Shown in pieces: positions 18,896 through 28,117 of a stretch of DNA of 64,000 nucleotides. The notes under the pieces were generated by a model. The model worked only from the letters and a program-made list of their open reading frames with translations. It was not told the DNA's origin and ran no database searches. Both the position numbers and the translations under genes were made by a program. The stretch's first letter is position 1. Each line of letters begins with the position of its first letter. This stretch comes from an uncultured bacterium (GTDB taxonomy: Bacteria > Armatimonadota > Abditibacteriia > Abditibacteriales > Abditibacteriaceae), in assembly GCA_963843795.1 (NCBI GenBank), contig CAWJLW010000010.1:1-64000 (forward strand), given 5' to 3'.

Positions 18896-20113
18896 TTAAA
18901 ACAGCTCCGGCGCAAACTCTTTGTAGCGATAATACACTTTCCACACATAACGCTGCACCTGCGCGCCGTTGGGCACTTTGTAACCGGCGCGCTTCACGGC
19001 GTTTGGCCCGGCGTTATAGGCCGCGACTGCGAGCAAAGTGCCATCGGGGCGGCCCGCGAAATCGTTCAAATGGCCGCGCAATAAGCGTGCGGTGCCGAAG
19101 ATATTTTTGGTCGGGTCCCACGCATCGGCTTTATATTTCAGACCGGCTTCGGGAATGTTGAAAGGCATCAGTTGGCCCAAACCCATCGCACCGCTCGAAC
19201 TCAGGCAGCGAATGTCGAAGTCGCTTTCGACCGCGATAATTGCGGCCAAGAAGCGCGGGTCCATATTTTGTTCGTAGCCCGCGCCCAACAGCGCGCGCGC
19301 GATTTCATCGGCCTGCGCTTGACTAAGTTTGGGATTAAAGCGCAAAGCGAGAGCCTTGTAAGCCGCAATTTGCACGCTATCGTCGGCTGCGGGTGCCATG
19401 GCACTGGTGCCAGTAGCGCGATTTGCCGTTGGTTCGGGCGTGTGCGCTTGAGTTTGTGGTTGTTGGAGTTGAGTTTGAGGCGTGGGATTGTTGCGCGCAC
19501 GCGTATCGGGCGCTTCGCGCAGAGGGATCGGCAGGCCGCTGCTCGTCATCGGTGGCACGATAATCACGCCGTTATCGTCTTCCTGATCACGAAACAAAGG
19601 TTCGGGAGCCGCTTTATCGGTGGCCGCAATCAGCGTGACAATCGGATCGCTGGGCTGCGCATTGACCAAACCTAACAAGCGCACGTTGGCACCAGGGTGC
19701 AGAGAACGCATCGATTCTTCATCATTAGCCAGCGCTTCGCTAATGACAAAAGGCACCGAGCGTTCGCCAATTTTCACGACCGCGCGCTGGCCTTGCGAAG
19801 TAGACATCAGGCCCGAAACGCGTCCGCTCATTTCGACGGTGCGACCGGTAAGCGCGAGGTAATTGTTATTCACCTGATCCAAACTTTCCACGCGCGTAGC
19901 GCGACTGCTGATGCGCAGATTATCGAAAGCCGATTGCACGGGCGCTTGACCCAAAATCACCACATCGCCTTGTTTGTTCGCTTGCGGCGGCACGACTTGC
20001 ACTGGCCCGGCATAAGCGGGCGCAACTGAGATTAACGCTGCCGCGGTTGCAAGTACTTGCAGGGAAATTTTCGCTTCTAAATGCGGAAATGTTATCGATT
20101 TCATCAAATTCAT
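18896..20113 (-). CDS. Lytic transglycosylase (SLT domain) with N-terminal OB-fold-like region
   Basis: AIIAVESDF, SSSGAMGLGQLMP, NIFGTARLL, AVAAYNAG, QRYVWKV. Confidence 0.9.
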   Translation of the reverse strand: MNLMKSITFPHLEAKISLQVLATAAALISVAPAYAGPVQVVPPQANKQGDVVILGQAPVQSAFDNLRISSRATRVESLDQVNNNYLALTGRTVEMSGRVSGLMSTSQGQRAVVKIGERSVPFVISEALANDEESMRSLHPGANVRLLGLVNAQPSDPIVTLIAATDKAAPEPLFRDQEDDNGVIIVPPMTSSGLPIPLREAPDTRARNNPTPQTQLQQPQTQAHTPEPTANRATGTSAMAPAADDSVQIAAYKALALRFNPKLSQAQADEIARALLGAGYEQNMDPRFLAAIIAVESDFDIRCLSSSGAMGLGQLMPFNIPEAGLKYKADAWDPTKNIFGTARLLRGHLNDFAGRPDGTLLAVAAYNAGPNAVKRAGYKVPNGAQVQRYVWKVYYRYKEFAPELF

Positions 20114-20150
20114 GCTCCAACAAAGCTTCGCTGCCAGTATCAGTCGCTGA

Positions 20151-21554
20151 TCACTGCGCCATTGCCAGTTCCATCAGCAAACGCGGGCGTTTGGTTTCGC
20201 TCAACGAGCGCGTGGCGCGACCCGTAAAGCCCCACAAAAAACCTTCTTGTGTTTCGACTTCGACCAACGAACCGATGGCATATTCGTCCAGATTGCCTTC
20301 AAACGCCACCAGTTTGTTGGTGCGCGTGCGACCCGATATGCGCGAATCATCTTTGTTACTGAGACCTTCGACCAAAACTTCGACGCGCTGACCGATTTGC
20401 TGTCGGTTCTTGTCGCGCGAAATTTCATTTTGAAAGTTAATCAGTTGATTCAGGCGGCGGAATTTTGTTTCGTGCGACACATCGTCTTCCCAATCCCACG
20501 CGGTCGTCGAGTGACGCGGCGAATAAGCGAATAAGAAGGCCTGATCGAAGCGAATCGCGCGAAAAGCTTCCATCGTTTCCTCGAATTCGGCTTCGCTTTC
20601 GCCACAAAAGCCGACAATCGCATCGGTTGTGACCGCAACATCGGGCATTTTCGCGCGCACCGCGTCGATAATATCGCGATATTTTTCAATTGTATAGGTG
20701 CGCTTCATACGCTTCAAACACGAATTGGAGCCGCTTTGAAGTGGCATATGCAAATGCTCGCATACCGCCGAGGTATCGGAAATCGCATCCACCAAACGCG
20801 CATTGAAATACATCGGATGCGGACTGGTGAAGCGCACGCGCAATGTCGAATCAATTTCGTTGATTTGCTCCAAAAGCCACGCGAAATCGAGGCGTTCGCC
20901 GTTTGGGCCGCGTCCCAAATCGTGACCGTAGGCGTTAACGGTTTGGCCTAAAAGCGTGATTTCACGATAACCCAGATCGCACAACTGGCGCACTTCATCG
21001 AGAATTTCGGATGGACGGCGCGACACTTCGCGACCACGCGCCGAAGGCACCGCGCAATAAGTGCAGTTGAAGTTGCAGCCAAAAATAATATCGACATACG
21101 CGGCGACTGCACTGCTGCGGCGCACGGGCGTGACTGGTGTTGGGTCGCACTCCAAATCCAGCCCATCGGCGCGCGCGTTCTCGCTGCCGCTTTGTTCGCG
21201 CTGCACCTGTCGCAGCAGATGCGGCAGATGATGGATGTTGCGGGGGCCGAGTAGAATATCGACTTCGGGCACGCGGCGGCGAATGCTATCGGCCTCGCGC
21301 TGCGCCATGCAGCCCGCGACACCAATCACCAAATCGGGCTTTGCGGTTTTGAGAGTGCGCAGCTTACCCAGTTCAGAATACAATTTGTGTTCGGGCTTTT
21401 CGCGCACGGCGCAAGTGTTCATCAAAATCACGTCGGCCTCTTCGGGCGCGGCGGTGCTGTCGTAGCCGGACGCTTCGAGCATTCCAGCCATGCGCTCGGA
21501 ATCGTGCACGTTCATTTGACAGCCAAAGGTTTGAATATAGTAACGCGGTTTCAT
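20151..21554 (-). CDS. miaB: tRNA-2-methylthio-N6-dimethylallyladenosine synthase MiaB
   Basis: TFGCQMNVHDSE, NTCAVREK, GCMAQ, radical SAM CNFNCTYC, RFTSPHP, C-terminal TRAM domain. Confidence 0.95.
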   Translation of the reverse strand: MKPRYYIQTFGCQMNVHDSERMAGMLEASGYDSTAAPEEADVILMNTCAVREKPEHKLYSELGKLRTLKTAKPDLVIGVAGCMAQREADSIRRRVPEVDILLGPRNIHHLPHLLRQVQREQSGSENARADGLDLECDPTPVTPVRRSSAVAAYVDIIFGCNFNCTYCAVPSARGREVSRRPSEILDEVRQLCDLGYREITLLGQTVNAYGHDLGRGPNGERLDFAWLLEQINEIDSTLRVRFTSPHPMYFNARLVDAISDTSAVCEHLHMPLQSGSNSCLKRMKRTYTIEKYRDIIDAVRAKMPDVAVTTDAIVGFCGESEAEFEETMEAFRAIRFDQAFLFAYSPRHSTTAWDWEDDVSHETKFRRLNQLINFQNEISRDKNRQQIGQRVEVLVEGLSNKDDSRISGRTRTNKLVAFEGNLDEYAIGSLVEVETQEGFLWGFTGRATRSLSETKRPRLLMELAMAQ

Positions 21555-21645
21555 AAGACAGCTTTTGAGACAATTTTTAAGAGCGAACACAGTTTACCCG
21601 ACTTGTTTTAAAGCACTGCAAGTACTTGTATCCCATCACAAACGC

Positions 21646-21679
21646 AAAAAAGGCGACTCCGAAAGGGAGCCGCCTTTTT
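21646..21679 (-). terminator. Intrinsic terminator after the degP-like gene
   Basis: AAAAAAGGCGACTCC-gaaag-GGAGCCGCCTTTTT. Confidence 0.75.
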
Positions 21680-21714
21680 GCAGGATGCGCTTTTTTGCAA
21701 GATGCGCTTTTCGA

Positions 21715-23373
21715 TTATTCAACATCGATAAACGCGAAGCGCTTTTGTCCACCGCGATTGATGTAAAGCGCGACAGTTTTGTCATTACCTTTTTGCATGT
21801 TACTGATGCGATCAACAGCGGCCTTGAGTTCCTGTGGTGTAGTCACCGGAGTTTGAGCAACGCGCTCGATCACGTCACCGCGCTGCAAACCAGCCTGTTC
21901 AGCGGGCGAGCCGCTTTTTACGGCCACAACCACAACGCCTTTGGCATCTTTCAACTTCAACTGCTGCGAAAGTTGCGGTGTAATCGACTGCACGCTCAAG
22001 CCCAATGCAGTTGGTGCTGCGGGCTCAGTCGCGCTTTCGGGAGCGTTTGTGGGCGCTTTCTCCTGCGGCAGTTCAGCCAGCTTCGCGGTCAACGTCACGG
22101 TTTGGCCGTTGCGCAACACTTTGAGCGTGGCATTCGAGCCTACCGGAGCGTCGCCAACCATGCGCACAAGTTCGCTATCGCGCTTCACAGGAGTGCCATT
22201 GAATTCGGTCACCACGTCGCCCACTTGCAAACCGGCTTTAGCACCGGGCGCGTTGGGGTCGAGAATGTCGCTGATTAAAACGCCACGCGTTTTGGGATCG
22301 AGACCCAGAGCCTGCGACTGCGCATCGCTATCCAAACCTTGAATTCCAACGCCCAGATAACCACGAATCACGCGGCCATCTTTGACCAAACGGTCAGCAA
22401 TATTTTTCGCCGTATTGACCGGAATCGCGAAGCCGATACCCACGTTGCCGCCGCTGCGCGAGTAAATCGCGTTGTTAACGCCGATAACGCGACCATAAAT
22501 GTCGCTCAAAGGGCCGCCGCTGTTGCCAGGATTGATCGAAGCGTCGGTTTGCAAATAATCGCTTTGCGACACTTGTTCCAGCGGCACTTCGCGCGCTTTA
22601 GCCGAAATCACGCCGACCGTCAGCGTGTGTTCCAAACCGAACGGGTTGCCAACGGCAATCGCCCAGTCGCCAACATTCACGTCGTTAGAATCGCCCATGC
22701 GCACAATCGGAAGATTAGTGGCATCGACTTTCACAACCGCAATGTCGCTTCGCTCGTCCGAACCGACGACTTTCGCATTCTTGAATTCGCGTCCATCGTT
22801 CAACTTCACGCCCACCGTTTTAGCGCCTTGGACAACGTGGGCGTTGGTGATGATATAGCCATCGGCACGATAAATCATGCCCGAACCCAAGCCGCCGCCC
22901 TGACCTTCCTGAATCTGGCGGAAGTATTGGCGCACCTGTTCTTTTTGCGTCGAGTTAGGCGAAAAGCCGAAATCTCGGAAGCGGCGCAGAAATTCTTCCA
23001 TCTGCTCGTTGCTATTGCCCTGATCGCTGCCATCGGGCGCACCAGGGAAAGGCGTTCCCGGCATTCCTGGCATCCGGCGCGTGGTTGTAGATACGGGCGC
23101 GCCCTGAGAAGTGATCGTCACAACCGCCGGTTCGATAGCTTTGCTGACTTCGTTGAAAGCGTGCTGCATGGAAACCGCGTCTTTGGTGGCCGGAGTTTCG
23201 ACAATCGGCGTTTTAACAGCCGATTTATTAACAGCTGCAGTGGAAGGCACGCTTTCCTGAGCCGTCACTTGCGTGCCGTGCAAAGCGTAACCGCCTGCAA
23301 CAGCGGCGGCGATGGCTGTGGCAGCTAAAGCGCTGCGCGTTGTTGAAAATTTGTTTTGAGATTTGTCGTTCAT
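21715..23373 (-). CDS. degP: Do/DegP (HtrA) family serine protease with two PDZ domains
   Basis: GLGSG, ITNAHVV, DIAVVK, QTDASINPGNSGGPL, GIGFAIP, two PDZ repeats (AGLQVGDV, AGLQRGDV). Confidence 0.9.
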   Translation of the reverse strand: MNDKSQNKFSTTRSALAATAIAAAVAGGYALHGTQVTAQESVPSTAAVNKSAVKTPIVETPATKDAVSMQHAFNEVSKAIEPAVVTITSQGAPVSTTTRRMPGMPGTPFPGAPDGSDQGNSNEQMEEFLRRFRDFGFSPNSTQKEQVRQYFRQIQEGQGGGLGSGMIYRADGYIITNAHVVQGAKTVGVKLNDGREFKNAKVVGSDERSDIAVVKVDATNLPIVRMGDSNDVNVGDWAIAVGNPFGLEHTLTVGVISAKAREVPLEQVSQSDYLQTDASINPGNSGGPLSDIYGRVIGVNNAIYSRSGGNVGIGFAIPVNTAKNIADRLVKDGRVIRGYLGVGIQGLDSDAQSQALGLDPKTRGVLISDILDPNAPGAKAGLQVGDVVTEFNGTPVKRDSELVRMVGDAPVGSNATLKVLRNGQTVTLTAKLAELPQEKAPTNAPESATEPAAPTALGLSVQSITPQLSQQLKLKDAKGVVVVAVKSGSPAEQAGLQRGDVIERVAQTPVTTPQELKAAVDRISNMQKGNDKTVALYINRGGQKRFAFIDVE

Positions 23374-23658
23374 TGTATTTATCCTCGCTGCGATATTTGG
23401 ATCTTAAAATTGATCCGTAGATTTGAATTTCTATCCCGCTAATACTTCTGCAAGTACTTGCAGAACACTTTGGCAAGCGAGCAAGACGCTCGCCAGCTGG
23501 GAAGTCGCTGAAAAACTTCTCAGCATTTGAAGCACCTTTTAGGATGCTCTGGCTAAAAACGATTCTACCGATTGCGGGTTTCGCAATTCGCCAGACAATT
23601 TTTCTTTTTCCGCCAATTCGTAAACGCAAACGGGGAAGCAGTTGCTAAAATGGCTTTC

Positions 23659-24951
23659 ATGAACCAGTTCACAACTCAAAATTCTAACAATCCAAACTCA
23701 ACTTCAAATTCATGGAGCGACCAAAGTACGTACTGGACACAACGCACACGACATCATCTTGAAGCACTGACTCAAATCGGCCCGCGCCCCGCAACACAAA
23801 ACGGCGAACGCCGCGCTGCCTTATATGCGCGCGATGTGTTGAAAAACGCTGGCATCGAACGTGTGCGCGAAGAACTTGTGATGTCTGGACGCAATACTTA
23901 TCGTCCTTATGCGTTGGCTTTAGGTGCGGCGCTTTTGGCCCACATCATTAGCTCATCGAACGACGACAATCAGGAAAAGAAGCCCTCGCGCGCGCGTTCT
24001 TTTCTGGCAAGCACCTGCAGCATCGCTGCGATCATCGGTTTCGCGCGCGAAGCCAATTTACAACCCAACTGGACGCGACGCGTCTTACCCCAGGGCGACA
24101 GTCAGAACATCGTCGCGGTCATTCCCCCCAGCGGTCGCGCCACGCGTCGCGTCGTGGTTCACGGCCATCTCGATTCGCACCGCACGCCGATTTTCTATTC
24201 GCATCCGCTGTGGCTGCGCGCTTTCTCGACGATTATTGGCTGCACTTTCGCGTCGCTCATCATCGACGCCTTGCGCCATGCTGCAAGTACTTGCAGCGGC
24301 AAATCGACCAATTCAAAGCTCGGTTTGGCGACACAAAGCTTGCAAACGCTCGCGTGTTTACTAACGCTGCAAGGCGATTCCGCGCCCCATACAACGGGCG
24401 CGAATGACAACGCTTCGGGCGCGGCGACAGTTTTAAGTTTGGGCGAACGTTTGGCCGCACAGCCTTTGAAAAATACCGAAGTATGGGTTGTGGGCAACGG
24501 CTGCGAAGAAGTGGGTTGTTATGGAATCGCGGCTTTGTTGCGCCGTCATCCGACCGAACTGCGCGACGCGTATTTTCTTAATTTCGATATGGTCGGCATC
24601 GGCACACCATCGGTCATCGCGCGCGAAGGTTTACTATTGAAGCAACCTGCCGATGCGCATTTACTGGCTCTGGCGCATCAAGTCGGCGAAGAATTTCCCG
24701 ATTTATGGGCGGGCGCACACGACAGCGATGCTTATACCGATAGCGGCCTGACCACGCGACAAGGTTTCGCTGCCTTAACCATCGATTCGCAAATGCCGCC
24801 CGAACATCCCAGCGCCGCGCAAATGGGACACTGGCACCAGCCGAGCGACACCATCGAAAATATTGAGTTCGAGGCTCTGGCGCGCACGCAAGAGTTCGGC
24901 TGGCAACTGTTGCAGCGCATCGACCTCGAAAGCCAGCGCGCAGCGGATTAG
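23659..24951 (+). CDS. Membrane-associated M28 family peptidase
   Basis: HGHLDS, GANDNASG, GCEEVGCYG, NFDMVG, WHQPSDT; internal hydrophobic helices. Confidence 0.88.
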   Translation: MNQFTTQNSNNPNSTSNSWSDQSTYWTQRTRHHLEALTQIGPRPATQNGERRAALYARDVLKNAGIERVREELVMSGRNTYRPYALALGAALLAHIISSSNDDNQEKKPSRARSFLASTCSIAAIIGFAREANLQPNWTRRVLPQGDSQNIVAVIPPSGRATRRVVVHGHLDSHRTPIFYSHPLWLRAFSTIIGCTFASLIIDALRHAASTCSGKSTNSKLGLATQSLQTLACLLTLQGDSAPHTTGANDNASGAATVLSLGERLAAQPLKNTEVWVVGNGCEEVGCYGIAALLRRHPTELRDAYFLNFDMVGIGTPSVIAREGLLLKQPADAHLLALAHQVGEEFPDLWAGAHDSDAYTDSGLTTRQGFAALTIDSQMPPEHPSAAQMGHWHQPSDTIENIEFEALARTQEFGWQLLQRIDLESQRAAD

Positions 24952-24991
24952 AAAACAGGGATTGAAAATCGCGACATTCCTATTTTGAACT

Positions 24992-25083
24992 CTGAAAATC
25001 ATTATTCCCGGCGGTTCGGTTCCAGTTGAACTCTGCTCGCACGCGCTTTTCACGATGAGGGCTGCGAAGTTGTGATTCTCAGC
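24992..25083 (+). pseudogene. Short remnant of an NAD-dependent epimerase (TIGR01777-like) N-terminus
   Basis: With one frameshift it reads LKIIIPGGS..V.TLLARAFHDEGCEVVILS, a Rossmann beta-alpha-beta start, then decays. Confidence 0.55.
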
Positions 25084-25210
25084 AAAAACAAAGCGCGCAA
25101 TTTATGCCGCAGATGCCGCGAAACTGCTCAGACAAAATCATCTCGAAATTAAAGCCTTAGAGCTGCAAGTACTTGCAGCGCACAATATCGCTTTTCTATT
25201 GAATTTTTTT

Positions 25211-27274
25211 ATGCTTAAATCATTCGTCGCGTTCGCCAGCGTTCTGGCTTTTAGCCAATTTGCCACAAATCATCCGGCGACTGCACAAAACGCTTCGATT
25301 ACAATTGATGCAGCACGCGTTCTTGGGCTCGCGCAACCGTTAATTTTCGGACACAACGTGGAAGCGGGCGACAGTTACGGAATTTTTGGCGACCAACATA
25401 GCTACAGCAGTCGCGACGGCAGCGGGATGTGGAATCCGCAAACGCGCGCGCCGGTGCCCGAACTGCTGCAATTGGCGCGCGATGTAGATATGAAACTGCT
25501 GCGTTATCCCGGTGGCTGTCTCGCGCACAACTTCAACTGGAAAGATGCGATCGGGCCAGTTGCCGAGCGCCCGAATTTTGCCTTTGGCATTGACGAATGG
25601 ATTGAGTTCTGTCGCCAGAGCCAATCCGAGCCATTGATGAACGTTAGCGATTACGCCGCGACGCCGCAGGAGGCCGCCGATCTGGTCGAGTATCTCAACG
25701 CGCCCGCCGACGATGCGCACCCGTGGGCGCAAAAGCGCGCGCTGTGGGGACATCACAGGCCGTTTGGCGTGAAATATTTCGAGATGGGCAACGAAACCGA
25801 TCACGGCAATCACGATCTGCAACCGCCGCGCAAATGGACGGCGCAGCAATATGCCGCGTGGTTTAACGAATGTGCTCAAAAGATGAAAGCGATAGATGCC
25901 AAGATAAAAATTGGCGCCCTGACCGGAACCGGAACTGGGCCAGACGACCCATGGAACGCCGTGGTGCTGAGCCAGACCAAAGAGTACACCGATTTTATCA
26001 TCATTCACACTTATACCGTCGGTATCTGGTCGCAGGACCAAGCCGTTAAATTGCCCGCCGATTTGTTAATGCGCGCGGCTCTGGCTTCGGTTGACCAAAC
26101 CGAAACCATGCTGGCGCGCTATCGCGTCTTGATTCGCCAGCATACGGGCCGCGAACTGCCTCTTGCCATCACCGAATATAACGCTTCGTTCGTCCAAGAC
26201 GAGCCAAAACCTTATCGCTTTTCTTATGGCGCCGCCTTATTCGCCGCCGATTATCTGCGCGTTTTGCTGAAGCCGCAAAACCACGTATTAATGGCCAACT
26301 ACTGGCAGTTCGCCAACGGCTACTGGGGCATGGTGCGCAAAGACGAGCAAACATGGCGCAAACAGCCCGCCTATTATCTGTTTCGGTTGTGGGGCCAACA
26401 TTTCGATGCCCGTCCGGGCGCGCGAATCGTAAACACCGAAGTGACAACTCCGCGCATTGAATTTGAAGGCTTGCCCGGCGGCAAAGTGCGGCCTGCGCAT
26501 GGCGCGAAGTATCAGCCCAAACTCATTCGCGGCGATATGGATTTATGGAAAAACCATGCTTTTAACGCCACGCAAGAAAATAGTTTGACGACGGAAAATT
26601 TGCCCGATGGCACTTTGCGCGCCACTGTGAGAAATGCAACCGGCGAACATTATCCGAAACTGGCGACGGTAAAAACATTGCCCAGTCATGGATATTTCAT
26701 CAGTTTTGAAGCGCGCAGCAGCGCCGAATTGGCACCGACGAGTATCGGTCTGGGCCTGACCGATGCGCGCGGTTGGGCGGATATCAAATCCGGCATTGCA
26801 GTAGAGGGAGCGCAAAACGCGCGCGAGTGGACGAAATTTGAAGCGACTTTCGATTCGCTCGCCGATGCGCCCGGCGCGGACATCGTATGGCGTTTGCGCT
26901 TGGGCGAAACCCCGGTTTCGGGCACGCTCGAAGTACGCAATTTACGCATCATGCCTTATCGCGCCGAAAATTTCGCGGCTTACGCAGCACTGACCGCGAC
27001 GGCGAGCTTAGCGCCCGATGGGCGCAAATTATCGCTGATTGTTTTCAATAAAGATGGAAAACACGATCTGGTTACGCAATTAAATTTGCGCGGTTTTAAG
27101 GCGCAACGCGCGCGACGCTGGACAGTGAGCGGGCCAACGCTGGATGCCTTGAATACGGAAACCGAAGAAGTGCGCGAAACCGAAAGCGATGTGCCAACGC
27201 CGCTCGAAAACGCTGGCACGATTCGCCACACTTTTCCCGCGCGCTCGATGACTGCCATCGAACTCACACGATAG
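25211..27274 (+). CDS. Secreted GH51-like alpha-L-arabinofuranosidase with an inserted CBM4/9-like domain
   Basis: LIFGHNVE, LLRYPGGC, FGIDEW, AADLVEYLN, VKYFEMGNE, LAITEYN; C-terminal FPARSMTAIEL. Confidence 0.85.
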   Translation: MLKSFVAFASVLAFSQFATNHPATAQNASITIDAARVLGLAQPLIFGHNVEAGDSYGIFGDQHSYSSRDGSGMWNPQTRAPVPELLQLARDVDMKLLRYPGGCLAHNFNWKDAIGPVAERPNFAFGIDEWIEFCRQSQSEPLMNVSDYAATPQEAADLVEYLNAPADDAHPWAQKRALWGHHRPFGVKYFEMGNETDHGNHDLQPPRKWTAQQYAAWFNECAQKMKAIDAKIKIGALTGTGTGPDDPWNAVVLSQTKEYTDFIIIHTYTVGIWSQDQAVKLPADLLMRAALASVDQTETMLARYRVLIRQHTGRELPLAITEYNASFVQDEPKPYRFSYGAALFAADYLRVLLKPQNHVLMANYWQFANGYWGMVRKDEQTWRKQPAYYLFRLWGQHFDARPGARIVNTEVTTPRIEFEGLPGGKVRPAHGAKYQPKLIRGDMDLWKNHAFNATQENSLTTENLPDGTLRATVRNATGEHYPKLATVKTLPSHGYFISFEARSSAELAPTSIGLGLTDARGWADIKSGIAVEGAQNAREWTKFEATFDSLADAPGADIVWRLRLGETPVSGTLEVRNLRIMPYRAENFAAYAALTATASLAPDGRKLSLIVFNKDGKHDLVTQLNLRGFKAQRARRWTVSGPTLDALNTETEEVRETESDVPTPLENAGTIRHTFPARSMTAIELTR

Positions 27275-27306
27275 GCGTGTAAATTTAGATGCGTAAAGTT
27301 TTCTGT

Positions 27307-28074
27307 TTATACCGCTGCAAGTACTTGCAGCGCCTGTAAAACTGCCAGCGCGCCCAAGGCCCCACCGCAATCTCCGAAAGTTTGGTGCGCGGCTTCAACC
27401 TCAACGCGCTGCCACAATTCATCATCCAAAGTAGCAAGTACTTGCGCGCCGCGTTGGGCGGCAAATTCCCTATTTTCTAACACGCAAAACGCGCTAGCTT
27501 CGCTGATGTTTGGCTGAGGCTCGCACGCTTGTCGCGTGGGCGTGATAGCTTCGACGCCACCGCACAGCATCATCTGCGCGTGGCCAAGTTGTAGCGCTTC
27601 GCACGCGGTTCGTATCGCGTCCAAGCCACTGTTTTCGTTCGAGCAAAATGTGCCGTGGTAGCCGCGCAAATTGTATTCGATGGCGCACAGCGAAATTGGC
27701 GAATTGAAATACGAGTGCGAAAACAGAATCGAATTGGCGCGCTCGATACCGCGCTCTTGGGCACCCTGCCAGAAACCGCGCATAGTTTCCAAACACCCTA
27801 AATGCGTGCCGAGGGCAACGCCGCATTCGTCGGCAATTTTCTCGTCTAAAGGCCACTCCCAATTCGCGGCGCGTAACGTCGCTGCAGTCGCAGCCAGAGC
27901 CAGCGCCGAGCAGCGGTCGAGGTAATTTTTGCGAGAGGAAAGATAATTCGACAGCTCGAAATGCGCAATCTCTCCGCTGCAAGTACTTGCAGCGGGCAAC
28001 GCTGCGGAAGACGAAGAAAAATCGCCACACGGAGTGATGGCAGCCCAACCGGTGAGAACGGGAAAAGTGTTCAT
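27307..28074 (-). CDS. Beta-ketoacyl synthase N-terminal domain protein, non-catalytic (chain-length-factor-like)
   Basis: VLTGWAAITPCG, YLDR..ALAL, CGVALGT, LFSHSYFNSP, MMLCGGVE. The catalytic Cys position appears to be Glu (CSNENSGLDAI), and the C-terminal KS domain is largely missing. Confidence 0.8.
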   Translation of the reverse strand: MNTFPVLTGWAAITPCGDFSSSSAALPAASTCSGEIAHFELSNYLSSRKNYLDRCSALALAATAATLRAANWEWPLDEKIADECGVALGTHLGCLETMRGFWQGAQERGIERANSILFSHSYFNSPISLCAIEYNLRGYHGTFCSNENSGLDAIRTACEALQLGHAQMMLCGGVEAITPTRQACEPQPNISEASAFCVLENREFAAQRGAQVLATLDDELWQRVEVEAAHQTFGDCGGALGALAVLQALQVLAAV

Positions 28075-28117
28075 AATATTATGATGCTGATTTTGCTATC
28101 GCTGACGACCAAACGTG

